Shown in pieces: positions 10,208 through 18,812 of a stretch of DNA of 54,418 nt. Position 1 is the first letter of the stretch. Each line of letters opens with the position of its first letter. The stretch is taken from the sequence record DRR723986_14703, one strand, 5' to 3'. The translations under genes and the position numbers were made by a program. The notes under the pieces were generated by a model. The model was not told the origin of the DNA. It worked only from the letters and a program-made list of their open reading frames with translations, and searched no databases.

Positions 10208-11081
10208 GTGCAAATTGTTTTTCAATATGATCAATTAGTTTTTCAGCTACAGGTCGTTGTGTAACACCCTCAATTCCTTCAATTCCTGGGGAAGAATTTA
10301 CTTCAATTATCATGGGACCGCGTGCTGACCTCAGCAAATCTACACCGGCCATTTGTAAGCCTAACATTTTAGTGGCTCTAATGGCCATTTCTTTTTCTTG
10401 ATGAGATATAGCAACATCTTCTCCCTTACCACCTCTGTGAATGTTTGATCTAAAATCTCCCTCTTGCGCAATACGCATCATTGATGCCACTACCTCATCT
10501 CCAATCACAATTAGTCTCAAATCCTTGCCTTCAAATTCAGCGATAAACTCCTGCAAAAGCACTCGAATATTCTTGGTAATATGTTTCTTAAAAAGACCTG
10601 AAGCCTCCTCTTCAGTTCGTACTAAATAAACTCCTATACCCTGCGTTCCTTCTAATACTTTTAAGATAAACGGATACCCCAAATTATCTCTTACCACACG
10701 CTCAGCGTAGTACAAATCATAAGAATAATAGGTTTTGGGAACTTGAATATTAGAGGCCATTAACAATTGATGACAACGAAATTTATCTCTCGAATTAATG
10801 ATGCCGTCAGATGAATTGAGCACACTAGCGCCCATTTTTTCAAAATGACGAACAACTGCACAACCATAACCTGTAACTGAAGCACCAATTCTTGGAACAA
10901 CAAAGTCAGGTTTTAACAAAATCTCATGGTCGTAGATAATTTTGAATACACCGTCTTCAACCAATAAATCACATTGTAAATAATCAATTACACGAACATT
11001 GTGCTTTTTACTTGTCCCTGCGGTATAAATTCTTTTAGTAGAGTATAAATTCTCCGATCTTGAGAGGACGTATATCAGCAT
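10194..11081 (-). CDS. RimK family ATP-grasp alpha-L-glutamate ligase (divergent paralog)
   Basis: [45 protein letters not shown]. Confidence 0.92.
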   Translation of the reverse strand: MLIYVLSRSENLYSTKRIYTAGTSKKHNVRVIDYLQCDLLVEDGVFKIIYDHEILLKPDFVVPRIGASVTGYGCAVVRHFEKMGASVLNSSDGIINSRDKFRCHQLLMASNIQVPKTYYSYDLYYAERVVRDNLGYPFILKVLEGTQGIGVYLVRTEEEASGLFKKHITKNIRVLLQEFIAEFEGKDLRLIVIGDEVVASMMRIAQEGDFRSNIHRGGKGEDVAISHQEKEMAIRATKMLGLQMAGVDLLRSARGPMIIEVNSSPGIEGIEGVTQRPVAEKLIDHIEKQFAHENS

Positions 11082-11087
11082 GGCGAT

Positions 11088-11603
11088 TTATTCTGCGATT
11101 AACTCGGCCGTTTCTATTTCATTACTGATATTCAATGCTCGATCTATAAGAACGATTTTGAACTTAACAGTATCAGATTCTGGAGAAAGGTGATTGCGGT
11201 AAGTTGGCTCAATAGAAACATCAATACGACCACTAATTCCCTCGGTATTTTCAGATACGGTAATTGGTTTTATTCGGTACCCAAAAACCACATCATCACC
11301 ATTCACATCTTTTCCAGGAACCCAGCCTAAAGCATCATCTTTTTCAAAATATTCAAGATAAATATTGTAGTAATAAAAGGAATCTGGTGCGTGTATTCCG
11401 GTAGTGTCTGCAGGGTCTAATCCAATATCAGCATCACCATCCGTAAAATCAAAAGATACTGTAGCACTATCGCCCGTTACAATTGCTTGTGGATTCGAAA
11501 TTATTGGTTCTAAGGGAAAGTTTTTACTTTTAAAACAAGAAGTTACCCCAAACAAAATCAAGACAAAACTTGAAATTAAACCTATTTTTGTGCTTACTTT
11601 CAT
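11088..11603 (-). CDS. Hypothetical lipoprotein
   Basis: Lipobox VTS-C; FTDGDADIG and DRALNISN motifs typical of Bacteroidota lipoproteins. Confidence 0.8.
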   Translation of the reverse strand: MKVSTKIGLISSFVLILFGVTSCFKSKNFPLEPIISNPQAIVTGDSATVSFDFTDGDADIGLDPADTTGIHAPDSFYYYNIYLEYFEKDDALGWVPGKDVNGDDVVFGYRIKPITVSENTEGISGRIDVSIEPTYRNHLSPESDTVKFKIVLIDRALNISNEIETAELIAE

Positions 11604-11649
11604 CCTAATATAGGTCTAAGTTAACCAATAAACAGCTAACGAACAATCT

Positions 11650-12633
11650 TTGAAAAAATTACCTTTTGATATCCGAGATATTTTTCAAATTCATTCAAAT
11701 GAAAAGTTTGAAGAATTGAGTTTATTGAGTTTTCGCTATCAGTATGAAAACAATTTAGTTTATCAGGATTATTGCAAGCATTTAAAGGTTAACCCCAATG
11801 AGGTTTCAACAATAAAGGAGATTCCGTTTTTACCTATTTCTTTTTTTAAATCGCATCAAGTCAAAAGTTTTACTGATAAAGAATCAATTTGTTTCGAAAG
11901 CTCTGGCACAACTGGGCAAATAAGAAGTAAACATTTCATTAAAGACGAAACGATTTATCAGCTCTCTTTCATTAAATGCTTCGAGCAATTTTACGGTCAT
12001 TTTGAAGACTATATAATTCTTAGTTTGCTCCCATCTTATCATGACAATAATCAATCTTCATTAATTTATATGGTTGATCAATTAATTGGTTTATCAAAAG
12101 ATGCTGATTCAGGATTTATGATGAATGATTATGAAAAATTAATTGAAATAGTAGAGCGCCGAAAAGCCTCAAAAAAAATATTGATCATTGGAGTTTCTTA
12201 TGCTTTGATGGACCTTGCAGAAAAATATCATCCTGATTTAAGTGATTGTGTCGTCATAGAAACCGGAGGAATGAAGGGGAGAAGAAAAGAATTGACCAAA
12301 CCAGAGTTGCATCAAATCCTAAAAGACGGCCTCTCGATTTCTGATGTCCATTCTGAATATGGGATGACTGAATTACTATCACAGGCCTATTCTAAGGGAG
12401 AACAACAATTTGAATCTCCAAACTGGATGAAAATCTTAATAAGAGAATACAGTGATCCCCTATCATTTTCATCAGGAAAAAGTGGGGGCATCAATGTTAT
12501 TGATTTGGCGAATATCTATTCATGTTCATTTATAGCTACAGAAGATTTAGGAAAAACCGATAACGGTAAATTTGAAGTGTTAGGTAGGTTTGATCATTCA
12601 GATATTAGAGGTTGCAATTTATTAATTCAATAA
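11650..12633 (+). CDS. LuxE/acyl-protein synthetase-like acyl transferase
   Basis: IPFLPISFFK, FESSGTTG, ETGGMKGRR, SEYGMTEL, RGCNLL C-terminus; TTG start. Confidence 0.88.
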   Translation: MKKLPFDIRDIFQIHSNEKFEELSLLSFRYQYENNLVYQDYCKHLKVNPNEVSTIKEIPFLPISFFKSHQVKSFTDKESICFESSGTTGQIRSKHFIKDETIYQLSFIKCFEQFYGHFEDYIILSLLPSYHDNNQSSLIYMVDQLIGLSKDADSGFMMNDYEKLIEIVERRKASKKILIIGVSYALMDLAEKYHPDLSDCVVIETGGMKGRRKELTKPELHQILKDGLSISDVHSEYGMTELLSQAYSKGEQQFESPNWMKILIREYSDPLSFSSGKSGGINVIDLANIYSCSFIATEDLGKTDNGKFEVLGRFDHSDIRGCNLLIQ

Positions 12634-12656
12634 ATTCAATTAAATCTTTAGTTTTC

Positions 12657-12687
12657 TTGGCTGATTAAATTATATGTATTAACTTTG
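12657..12687 (+). promoter_or_regulatory. Bacteroidota sigma-A promoter (TTG ... TAACTTTG)
   Basis: TTG at 12657-12659, TAACTTTG at 12680-12687. Confidence 0.6.
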
Positions 12688-12691
12688 AACT

Positions 12692-12760
12692 GTTTTTTCA
12701 TGGAAACATAGTTTTTTGAGGTGAAAATACCAGCTAGCATAACTAGCTGGTATTTTTATT
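12692..12760 (+). ncRNA. Candidate ~65-70 nt sRNA or attenuating leader upstream of ppk1
   Basis: Promoter, U-rich segment with two CAU triplets, then strong intrinsic terminator. Confidence 0.4.
12724..12760 (+). terminator. Intrinsic terminator, perfect 14-bp stem
   Basis: AAAATACCAGCTAG-cataa-CTAGCTGGTATTTT followed by further Ts. Confidence 0.8.
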
Positions 12761-12782
12761 TTATAACCATTCATTTATTACA

Positions 12783-14834
12783 ATGACTTTATTCAATCGG
12801 GAACTAAGCTGGCTAGCATTTAACGAAAGAGTGCTGCAAGAGTCATTGGATGAAAACAATCCACTGATTGAAAGAGTCCGATTTCTTGGAATTTATTCGA
12901 ATAACCTTGATGAGTTTTTTAAAGTTCGAGTTGCCACAATAAGAAGAATGGCCGTTTTAGGAACTAAGAAAGTTGAGGGCTATAAAGGTGGACCAAAAGA
13001 TCTACTTCAAGAAATTAAGTCGACAGTAATTGAACAGCAACAGCTTTTTCAATTATCCTACGAAAAACTATTGAAACAATTACGAGAAAAACATATTCTT
13101 CAAACTGACGAGTCACATCTTAAACCTGAAGAAGAGAAAACCATCAGTGAGTTTTTTGAAAATGAGGTAAGGCCAGAAATTGTTCCAATCATGTTGAGCA
13201 ATTCAACCCCTTTTCCGAAACTACAAGATAAAGGGATTTACTTGGCGATAAAAATGACCGACTTTAAAAAGTCCAAAATAAAGTACGCCTTGATTCAAAT
13301 TCCAAGCACGGTTTCAAGGTTTTATATTATTCCTGCCATCAATAAGAATGAGGTTCAAAAAGTAATACTATTAGATGATATTATTCGACATCATTTAGCG
13401 GGTATTTTTACTATTTTTTCGTTTGACAAAATTGAGGCATTTACCTTTAAAATTACGCGTGACGCAGAGTTAGATTTGGATGATGATATTTCTAAAAGCT
13501 TTCTTGAGAAAATGAAAGAAAGCGTAGAAATGAGAAAAGAAGGCCGTACCGTTCGTTTTGTTTATGACAGTGCAATGCCAATGGATCTTCTCAACTATTT
13601 AATGCACGCTCAAGGGCTGGAAGCAGGAGAAAATATCATTCCAGGAGGACGATATCATAATTTTAAAGATTTCATGAGTTTTCCAGATTTCGGAAACTCA
13701 ACGTTTGTATACAATAAGCTAGAACCACTCACGCATCCAGCATTTGCAGATACAAATAAATCAATGTTGAAAACCATTTTGAATAAGGATGTGATGATCA
13801 CCTACCCTTATCAAACCTTTCAGCATGTCATCAATGTGTTGCGTGAAGCAGCTATTGATCCTAAAGTTGTTTCTATCAAGATTAACTTATACCGTGTCGC
13901 ATCTAATTCTCAGATAATAAATGCATTGATTTCTGCCGCAAAAAACGGTAAAAAAGTCACTGTGGTGATTGAATTGTTAGCGCGATTTGATGAAAAAAAC
14001 AACATTGAATGGTCAAACTATCTTGAAGAACATGGAGTGACGGTTCAATTCGGTGTGCAGAACCTAAAAGTTCATTCAAAATTATTTTTAATCAAACGAA
14101 AAACAGGTAATAAAATTCAAACGATTGCGCATATCGGGACCGGTAATTTCCACGAAAAAACGGCAAAAATCTATACTGACGTTTCGTTACTCACTGCGGA
14201 TGCAGCCATTACTAAAGAAGTTGAGAAAGTCTTTAAGATATTCAAAAACAACTTTGACCGATCTGTATTCAGAGAACTCATGGTTTCACCTTTTAATACA
14301 AGAAGAAAACTAACCAGTTTAATAGATCAAGAAATTAATAATGCCAACAATGGTGAAGAAGCTTATATCTATTTAAAAATCAACAATTTGGTTGATTCTA
14401 AAATGATAAAAAAGTTATATGAAGCATCAAAAGCAGGCGTAAAGATAAAAGCTGTTGTTCGTGGAATATGTTCTCTTGTTCCAGGAGTAAAAGGCCTTTC
14501 TGAAAACATTAAAGTACGCAGCATAGTTGGTCGTTACTTAGAACATTCACGCATTATGATTTTCGCAAATGGCGGGAATGAAAAATACTTTATTAGCTCG
14601 GGCGATTGGATGGGGCGCAACATTGATCGGCGTATTGAAGTAGCAGCCCCTATTTATGACAAAGAAATCCAAAAGGATCTAAAATTCATGATAAAGGCGT
14701 GTTTAAATGACAATGCTAAATCAAGAATCATTGATGAATTCCAAAAAAACCACCGCTATGATGGTGGAGAAATTGTTCCGTATAATGCGCAAATTGAAAC
14801 CTATAACCACTTTTTGCAAAAATCTAAGAAATGA
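12783..14834 (+). CDS. ppk1: Polyphosphate kinase 1
   Basis: NRELSWLAFNERVL, NNLDEFF, ELLARFDE, KVHSK, GRYLEHSR. Confidence 0.97.
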   Translation: MTLFNRELSWLAFNERVLQESLDENNPLIERVRFLGIYSNNLDEFFKVRVATIRRMAVLGTKKVEGYKGGPKDLLQEIKSTVIEQQQLFQLSYEKLLKQLREKHILQTDESHLKPEEEKTISEFFENEVRPEIVPIMLSNSTPFPKLQDKGIYLAIKMTDFKKSKIKYALIQIPSTVSRFYIIPAINKNEVQKVILLDDIIRHHLAGIFTIFSFDKIEAFTFKITRDAELDLDDDISKSFLEKMKESVEMRKEGRTVRFVYDSAMPMDLLNYLMHAQGLEAGENIIPGGRYHNFKDFMSFPDFGNSTFVYNKLEPLTHPAFADTNKSMLKTILNKDVMITYPYQTFQHVINVLREAAIDPKVVSIKINLYRVASNSQIINALISAAKNGKKVTVVIELLARFDEKNNIEWSNYLEEHGVTVQFGVQNLKVHSKLFLIKRKTGNKIQTIAHIGTGNFHEKTAKIYTDVSLLTADAAITKEVEKVFKIFKNNFDRSVFRELMVSPFNTRRKLTSLIDQEINNANNGEEAYIYLKINNLVDSKMIKKLYEASKAGVKIKAVVRGICSLVPGVKGLSENIKVRSIVGRYLEHSRIMIFANGGNEKYFISSGDWMGRNIDRRIEVAAPIYDKEIQKDLKFMIKACLNDNAKSRIIDEFQKNHRYDGGEIVPYNAQIETYNHFLQKSKK

Positions 14835-15718
14835 AATTTGGCGCTATTGACATAGGAACCAATGCGGCTCGGTTGTTAATTGGAGAAGTTGAAGAGGAAG
14901 GTAAAAATCACTTCGTAAAAAAAATATCCTACACCAGAATTCCATTGAGGTTGGGACTTGAAGTATTTGACAGCGGAACAATTTCAGAGAAAAAAATTGA
15001 AGAATTTACAAAGTCAATACATGCTTTTAAGTTGATCTCAGAAGTATTTGAAGTTAAAGAATTAAGAGCCTGTGCTACCTCGGCCATGCGTGAAGCAACT
15101 AATGGAAAAGAAATTCAAAAACTAATTAAGAAAGAAACCGGTGTTAACATTGAAGTTATTAAAGGTTCTGAAGAAGCCAAATTGATTCTTTCAACCTTCT
15201 TCCTATTAGAATTTGATGAAAAAGACCCATTTTTGGTGATTGACGTAGGTGGTGGGTCAACAGAAATTTCTATTTTCAAAAAGGGAGAAAAAGTTGCTGC
15301 CAAATCATTTAGTGTTGGAACAATCAGGCTTTTAAAGAACAAGGTTGAGCGTCAGATTTGGGAAGATATATCCAAATGGATTCAGAAATACCTCAAAAAG
15401 AGTAATCAGTACATCACATTCGCAACGGGTGGAAACATCAATAAAATTCACAAATTGCTTGGAAAGAAATCTAAAGAATCGGTTTCAGTAAAAGAATTTA
15501 TTGAATTATCCGATAAATTAAAAAAACTCAATTTTGAAGATAGGATTTCTGAATATAATTTGAAGCCAGACCGAGCAGATGTCATTGTACCAGCCTGTGA
15601 GATATATGAATACCTGTTCAAAGAGATCGGTACAAAAGAAGTATTTGTTCCGAAAATTGGATTGTCAGATGGAATGATTTATAATTTACATCAGAAGCAT
15701 AATCGAAAAAAGAATTAA
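14831..15718 (+). CDS. ppx: Exopolyphosphatase (short Ppx/GppA family)
   Basis: AIDIGTNA, ATSAMREA, DVGGGSTE, DRADVI; ATGA overlap with ppk1. Confidence 0.93.
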   Translation: MKFGAIDIGTNAARLLIGEVEEEGKNHFVKKISYTRIPLRLGLEVFDSGTISEKKIEEFTKSIHAFKLISEVFEVKELRACATSAMREATNGKEIQKLIKKETGVNIEVIKGSEEAKLILSTFFLLEFDEKDPFLVIDVGGGSTEISIFKKGEKVAAKSFSVGTIRLLKNKVERQIWEDISKWIQKYLKKSNQYITFATGGNINKIHKLLGKKSKESVSVKEFIELSDKLKKLNFEDRISEYNLKPDRADVIVPACEIYEYLFKEIGTKEVFVPKIGLSDGMIYNLHQKHNRKKN

Positions 15719-15736
15719 AAATCATCAATTATCTTT

Positions 15737-15766
15737 TTTGCAATTTAGATTTAAGTATTATATTTG
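15737..15766 (+). promoter_or_regulatory. Promoter of the tRNA-Gly/tRNA-Leu operon
   Basis: TTTG (15737-15740)-N18-TATATTTG (15759-15766), consensus Bacteroidota -33/-7. Confidence 0.75.
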
Positions 15767-15840
15767 CCCTCCCGAAAATATGACAAGTCGTTGTCATTAG
15801 GAACCAGATTGAAAAGAACGCATTAGCGAAAAAAACATAA

Positions 15841-15913
15841 GCGAGAGTAGCTCAGTTGATAGAGCGCCACCTTGCCAAGGTGGAGGTCGCGGGTTTGAGC
15901 CCCGTCTCCCGCT
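15841..15913 (+). tRNA. tRNA-Gly(GCC)
   Basis: Cloverleaf; anticodon arm CCACC-TTGCCAA-GGTGG; discriminator U; CCA not encoded. Confidence 0.95.
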
Positions 15914-16008
15914 CAAGGTGAAAGCAAATTCACTAAAAATGCCAAACCACTGCTACCGGGCTTCGGTAGCAATGATTTTTCACTTAGCTTTCACGGGCTA
16001 AGTGAAAT

Positions 16009-16092
16009 GCTCGAGTGGTGGAATTGGTAGACACGCAAGACTTAAAATCTTGTGTCCTCTGGGACGTGCGGGTTCAAGTCCCGCCTCGAGTA
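16009..16092 (+). tRNA. tRNA-Leu(TAA)
   Basis: Acceptor GCTCGAG/CTCGAGT, anticodon arm CAAGA-CTTAAAA-TCTTG, long variable arm, GGTTCAAGTCC. Confidence 0.96.
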
Positions 16093-16093
16093 C

Positions 16094-16128
16094 AAAAAAA
16101 CCCTTCAGATTTTCTGAAGGGTTTTTTT
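16094..16128 (+). terminator. Intrinsic terminator after tRNA-Leu (bidirectional shape)
   Basis: AAAAAAACCCTTCAGA-ttt-TCTGAAGGGTTTTTTT. Confidence 0.88.
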
Positions 16129-16172
16129 ATCTTATTAAAAATGCTTGTCGGCAGGCTTCCACCGCCGACTTG

Positions 16173-16212
16173 AAAAGAAGCTCCGAACTTAGAAATCGGG
16201 GCTTTTTGTTTT
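16173..16212 (+). terminator. Second tandem terminator-like hairpin
   Basis: AAGCTCCGA...TCGGGGCTT followed by a T-tract. Confidence 0.6.
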
Positions 16213-16297
16213 ATATTTAAAGTTGCTGAGAAGGGTGATTCCACTTTTTAATCTTATTTCGCTTCAATTCTTTAGTTAAATATTATTGTAATAATTT

Positions 16298-16819
16298 ATG
16301 AGAACAGTTACTTTACATAAAGCTAATCGAGAAGATTTAAAGGACCTACAATGTATCTGTAGGACTACTTTTATGGAATCCTTCGGGGAGCAGAACACTC
16401 CAGAAGATATGGAGAAGTACCTACGAGAAAAGTTTAACGAGGAACAGCTTTTATTGGAACTTGATAATCCCGACTCAGTATTCTACTTAGCAACGCTTAA
16501 CGGAGATGTTGTCGGTTACCTAAAATTGAACACAGGTAAAGCTCAAACTGAATTGAAGGATAAAGATGGACTTGAGATTGAAAGAATTTATGTGCTTAAT
16601 AATTTCATTGGAAAAGGTATCGGCAAACAATTGTTCAATCTTACATTAGCTATTGCACGCCAAAAAAACTCACATTTTATCTGGTTAGGTGTTTGGGAAA
16701 AGAACGAACGAGCTCTTACTTTCTACCTCAAAAATGGATTTGTCGAATTTGACAAACACCTATTCGTGCTTGGTGATGATCATCAGACAGATATTCTAAT
16801 GAAATTGAAAATGAACTAA
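16298..16819 (+). CDS. GNAT N-acetyltransferase (PaiA/spermidine acetyltransferase-like)
   Basis: EIERIYV, GKGIGK acetyl-CoA loop, WLGVWEKN...FY. Confidence 0.9.
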   Translation: MRTVTLHKANREDLKDLQCICRTTFMESFGEQNTPEDMEKYLREKFNEEQLLLELDNPDSVFYLATLNGDVVGYLKLNTGKAQTELKDKDGLEIERIYVLNNFIGKGIGKQLFNLTLAIARQKNSHFIWLGVWEKNERALTFYLKNGFVEFDKHLFVLGDDHQTDILMKLKMN

Positions 16820-16923
16820 GCCTCTATTTGGATCCATAATGTAAACACTGCAAGTAAAACACTTAATAGAGACCTGAATTATCAAGCTGAAAAGGACTTT
16901 CAAAATGAGTAATCTATTTTTTC

Positions 16924-17760
16924 CTATTCGATTGGCGAAAATCCTTCATCCTCCTTTAACAAAACAGATTTAAATAAGTTATCTTCAAAATATCTAGAAA
17001 AACTTATGGTCTTCCCTTTCTTTAAAGGATGCCTTGTTTGATAGTTTTCTAACCAGGGCAAAATATCTTCAAATTTGACCCAAAATAATTCCCCGTTCCC
17101 TTCAAATCCTTTTTTGGAGGCTGGGGCTATTGCCACTATCTCTTTTCGAATCAACTTTTTATCCTCCCCGTAAAAGTGCTGTTCTCTTATGATATATTTC
17201 GTAATATCCTTATCCTTCATCCAGACATGTTTCCGCGACTCATAAACAAGATTATTATTGGCGTCAACAGAATCAAGTCCCGGATTGACTTTTGAAGCCA
17301 AAGGAAATGGTTGCTGTTCATAATCGTAATGTCCGAACAGACCATGAGCCTTGACAAATTCATAGAGTTTTGCATCATCTAAAATCGAAGCATTCGGTTT
17401 AAACCCAAACTTTTCTGAGTCGATCTGATATCGACAAAAGCCTTCATCTCTTGTTTTGATCCATTCCGGATCATAAGCCAAATAAGGTTTAATCTTATTC
17501 AAAAGCACGTTGGTTCTCAAAACTTGCCAAAAATTAAACTTTACCAAATCTAGCTGATCATCCAGTACAGCTTTGTCTAATTCTGAATTCTTAAAGTTGA
17601 CCCCAATTATTTTGTCGTTCATTGGAAAAAATAGGGGGTCATTCATGGTATTATCATATGAAATTGAACTCCAAACATTTTTATAGTATTTTTCGCTCTT
17701 TCCAGAATAGGCCGAACATGCTATAAAAAGAGTAATCAAAAAGATTTGAGTTTTTTTCAT
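16924..17760 (-). CDS. GldN/PorN-like secreted protein (divergent paralog)
   Basis: Signal peptide; DITKYIIREQHFY...IVAIAP and LFWVKF resemble the GldN core; ATG at 17760. Confidence 0.6.
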   Translation of the reverse strand: MKKTQIFLITLFIACSAYSGKSEKYYKNVWSSISYDNTMNDPLFFPMNDKIIGVNFKNSELDKAVLDDQLDLVKFNFWQVLRTNVLLNKIKPYLAYDPEWIKTRDEGFCRYQIDSEKFGFKPNASILDDAKLYEFVKAHGLFGHYDYEQQPFPLASKVNPGLDSVDANNNLVYESRKHVWMKDKDITKYIIREQHFYGEDKKLIRKEIVAIAPASKKGFEGNGELFWVKFEDILPWLENYQTRHPLKKGKTISFSRYFEDNLFKSVLLKEDEGFSPIE

Positions 17761-17930
17761 ATTCAAAGGATTATAATTGAACTCTTAAAATATATAAAAT
17801 ACTTTTTAAACATTGACCTTTAAAGAGGTTAATAGGGAGAATAGATATTAAAAATTAGTTTTAATTATGACAATCCTCATAATTCACCACCGAGTTCATT
17901 AGTAATTTGGAAGTATCAAAATCAAATACT

Positions 17931-18293
17931 ATGAGAGTCGAAGAGATCATGAGTAAACCAGTTCTTTGCAAAGAACCACAAGCAACAGTAAGTGAATTGA
18001 AAACATTGTTTACAAATGAAAGTTTGCATGCGATTCCAATATTAGAATCTGATGGAACTATTGCAGGAATAATCACTTCAAGCGATTTAATTGCCGTCCA
18101 TAATGAAACACTACAAGCACGACAAATTCTAACACCGAAAGTCCATATTTGTATTCCTAATAATAGAGTAAAAGATGCTGCAAAAACCATGGCAAAACAC
18201 GGAGTGCATCACATGGTGATTATGGAAGATGGAAAAGTAATTGGAATGATCAGTTCTATGGATATCGTTAAAGTTTATGCCGAAGAAGCTTAA
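17931..18293 (+). CDS. Stand-alone CBS-pair protein
   Basis: MRVEEIMS..., HAIPIL...GIITSSD, GMISSMDI; ATG at 17931 preferred. Confidence 0.88.
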   Translation: MRVEEIMSKPVLCKEPQATVSELKTLFTNESLHAIPILESDGTIAGIITSSDLIAVHNETLQARQILTPKVHICIPNNRVKDAAKTMAKHGVHHMVIMEDGKVIGMISSMDIVKVYAEEA

Positions 18294-18695
18294 CTAGCAT
18301 TTGATTATTTCAACGTTTCCCTTTATTTCACTACATTTTTTCAAGGTATTGTAAATAGTTCCGAACTTTTCAAGGTTCTTCATCAATAATGCCGTATTCA
18401 ATTTAGGGTCATTACTTTTAATCTTTAATGTGTAGTCAATAGCATGCAGTGCTGGTGGTTTGTCGCTTCGAAAGCCTTGAATTTCAATTGAAGCACTTTC
18501 ATACTCAAATTTCAGAAATCCAGAAAATCGCTCGACATTTTTTAACACACAAGCGGCAAAAGCTCCCAATAACAAATCCATTGGAGAGGCCGACTCACTA
18601 TTTGGCGTAATTCCAAACGGATAGTTGCCTTCGTTTACTGTAAAGCTCGCAAGCTCATGTGCTCTTGATTGAGCGTTTATTCTATACGTTAACAT
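18294..18695 (-). CDS. OsmC family protein
   Basis: SPMDLLLGAFAAC motif; FGTIYNTL. Confidence 0.85.
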   Translation of the reverse strand: MLTYRINAQSRAHELASFTVNEGNYPFGITPNSESASPMDLLLGAFAACVLKNVERFSGFLKFEYESASIEIQGFRSDKPPALHAIDYTLKIKSNDPKLNTALLMKNLEKFGTIYNTLKKCSEIKGNVEIIKC

Positions 18696-18812
18696 ACCAC
18701 AAAATTACATTGAATTTGCCTTAAACATGGTGAGCATTAACTCTTCTATCCATGACTTAAATCATAAAATGTCCCGCTAGGCTATCTTAATTCGTATATT
18801 TAGTTGAACTAA

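Noticed and set aside
11650..12633. Bioluminescence operon
   Set aside because: Only a LuxE-like gene; no luxAB, luxC or luxD in the window
16002..16220. 72-aa ORF
   Set aside because: Overlaps tRNA-Leu and terminators; spurious translation
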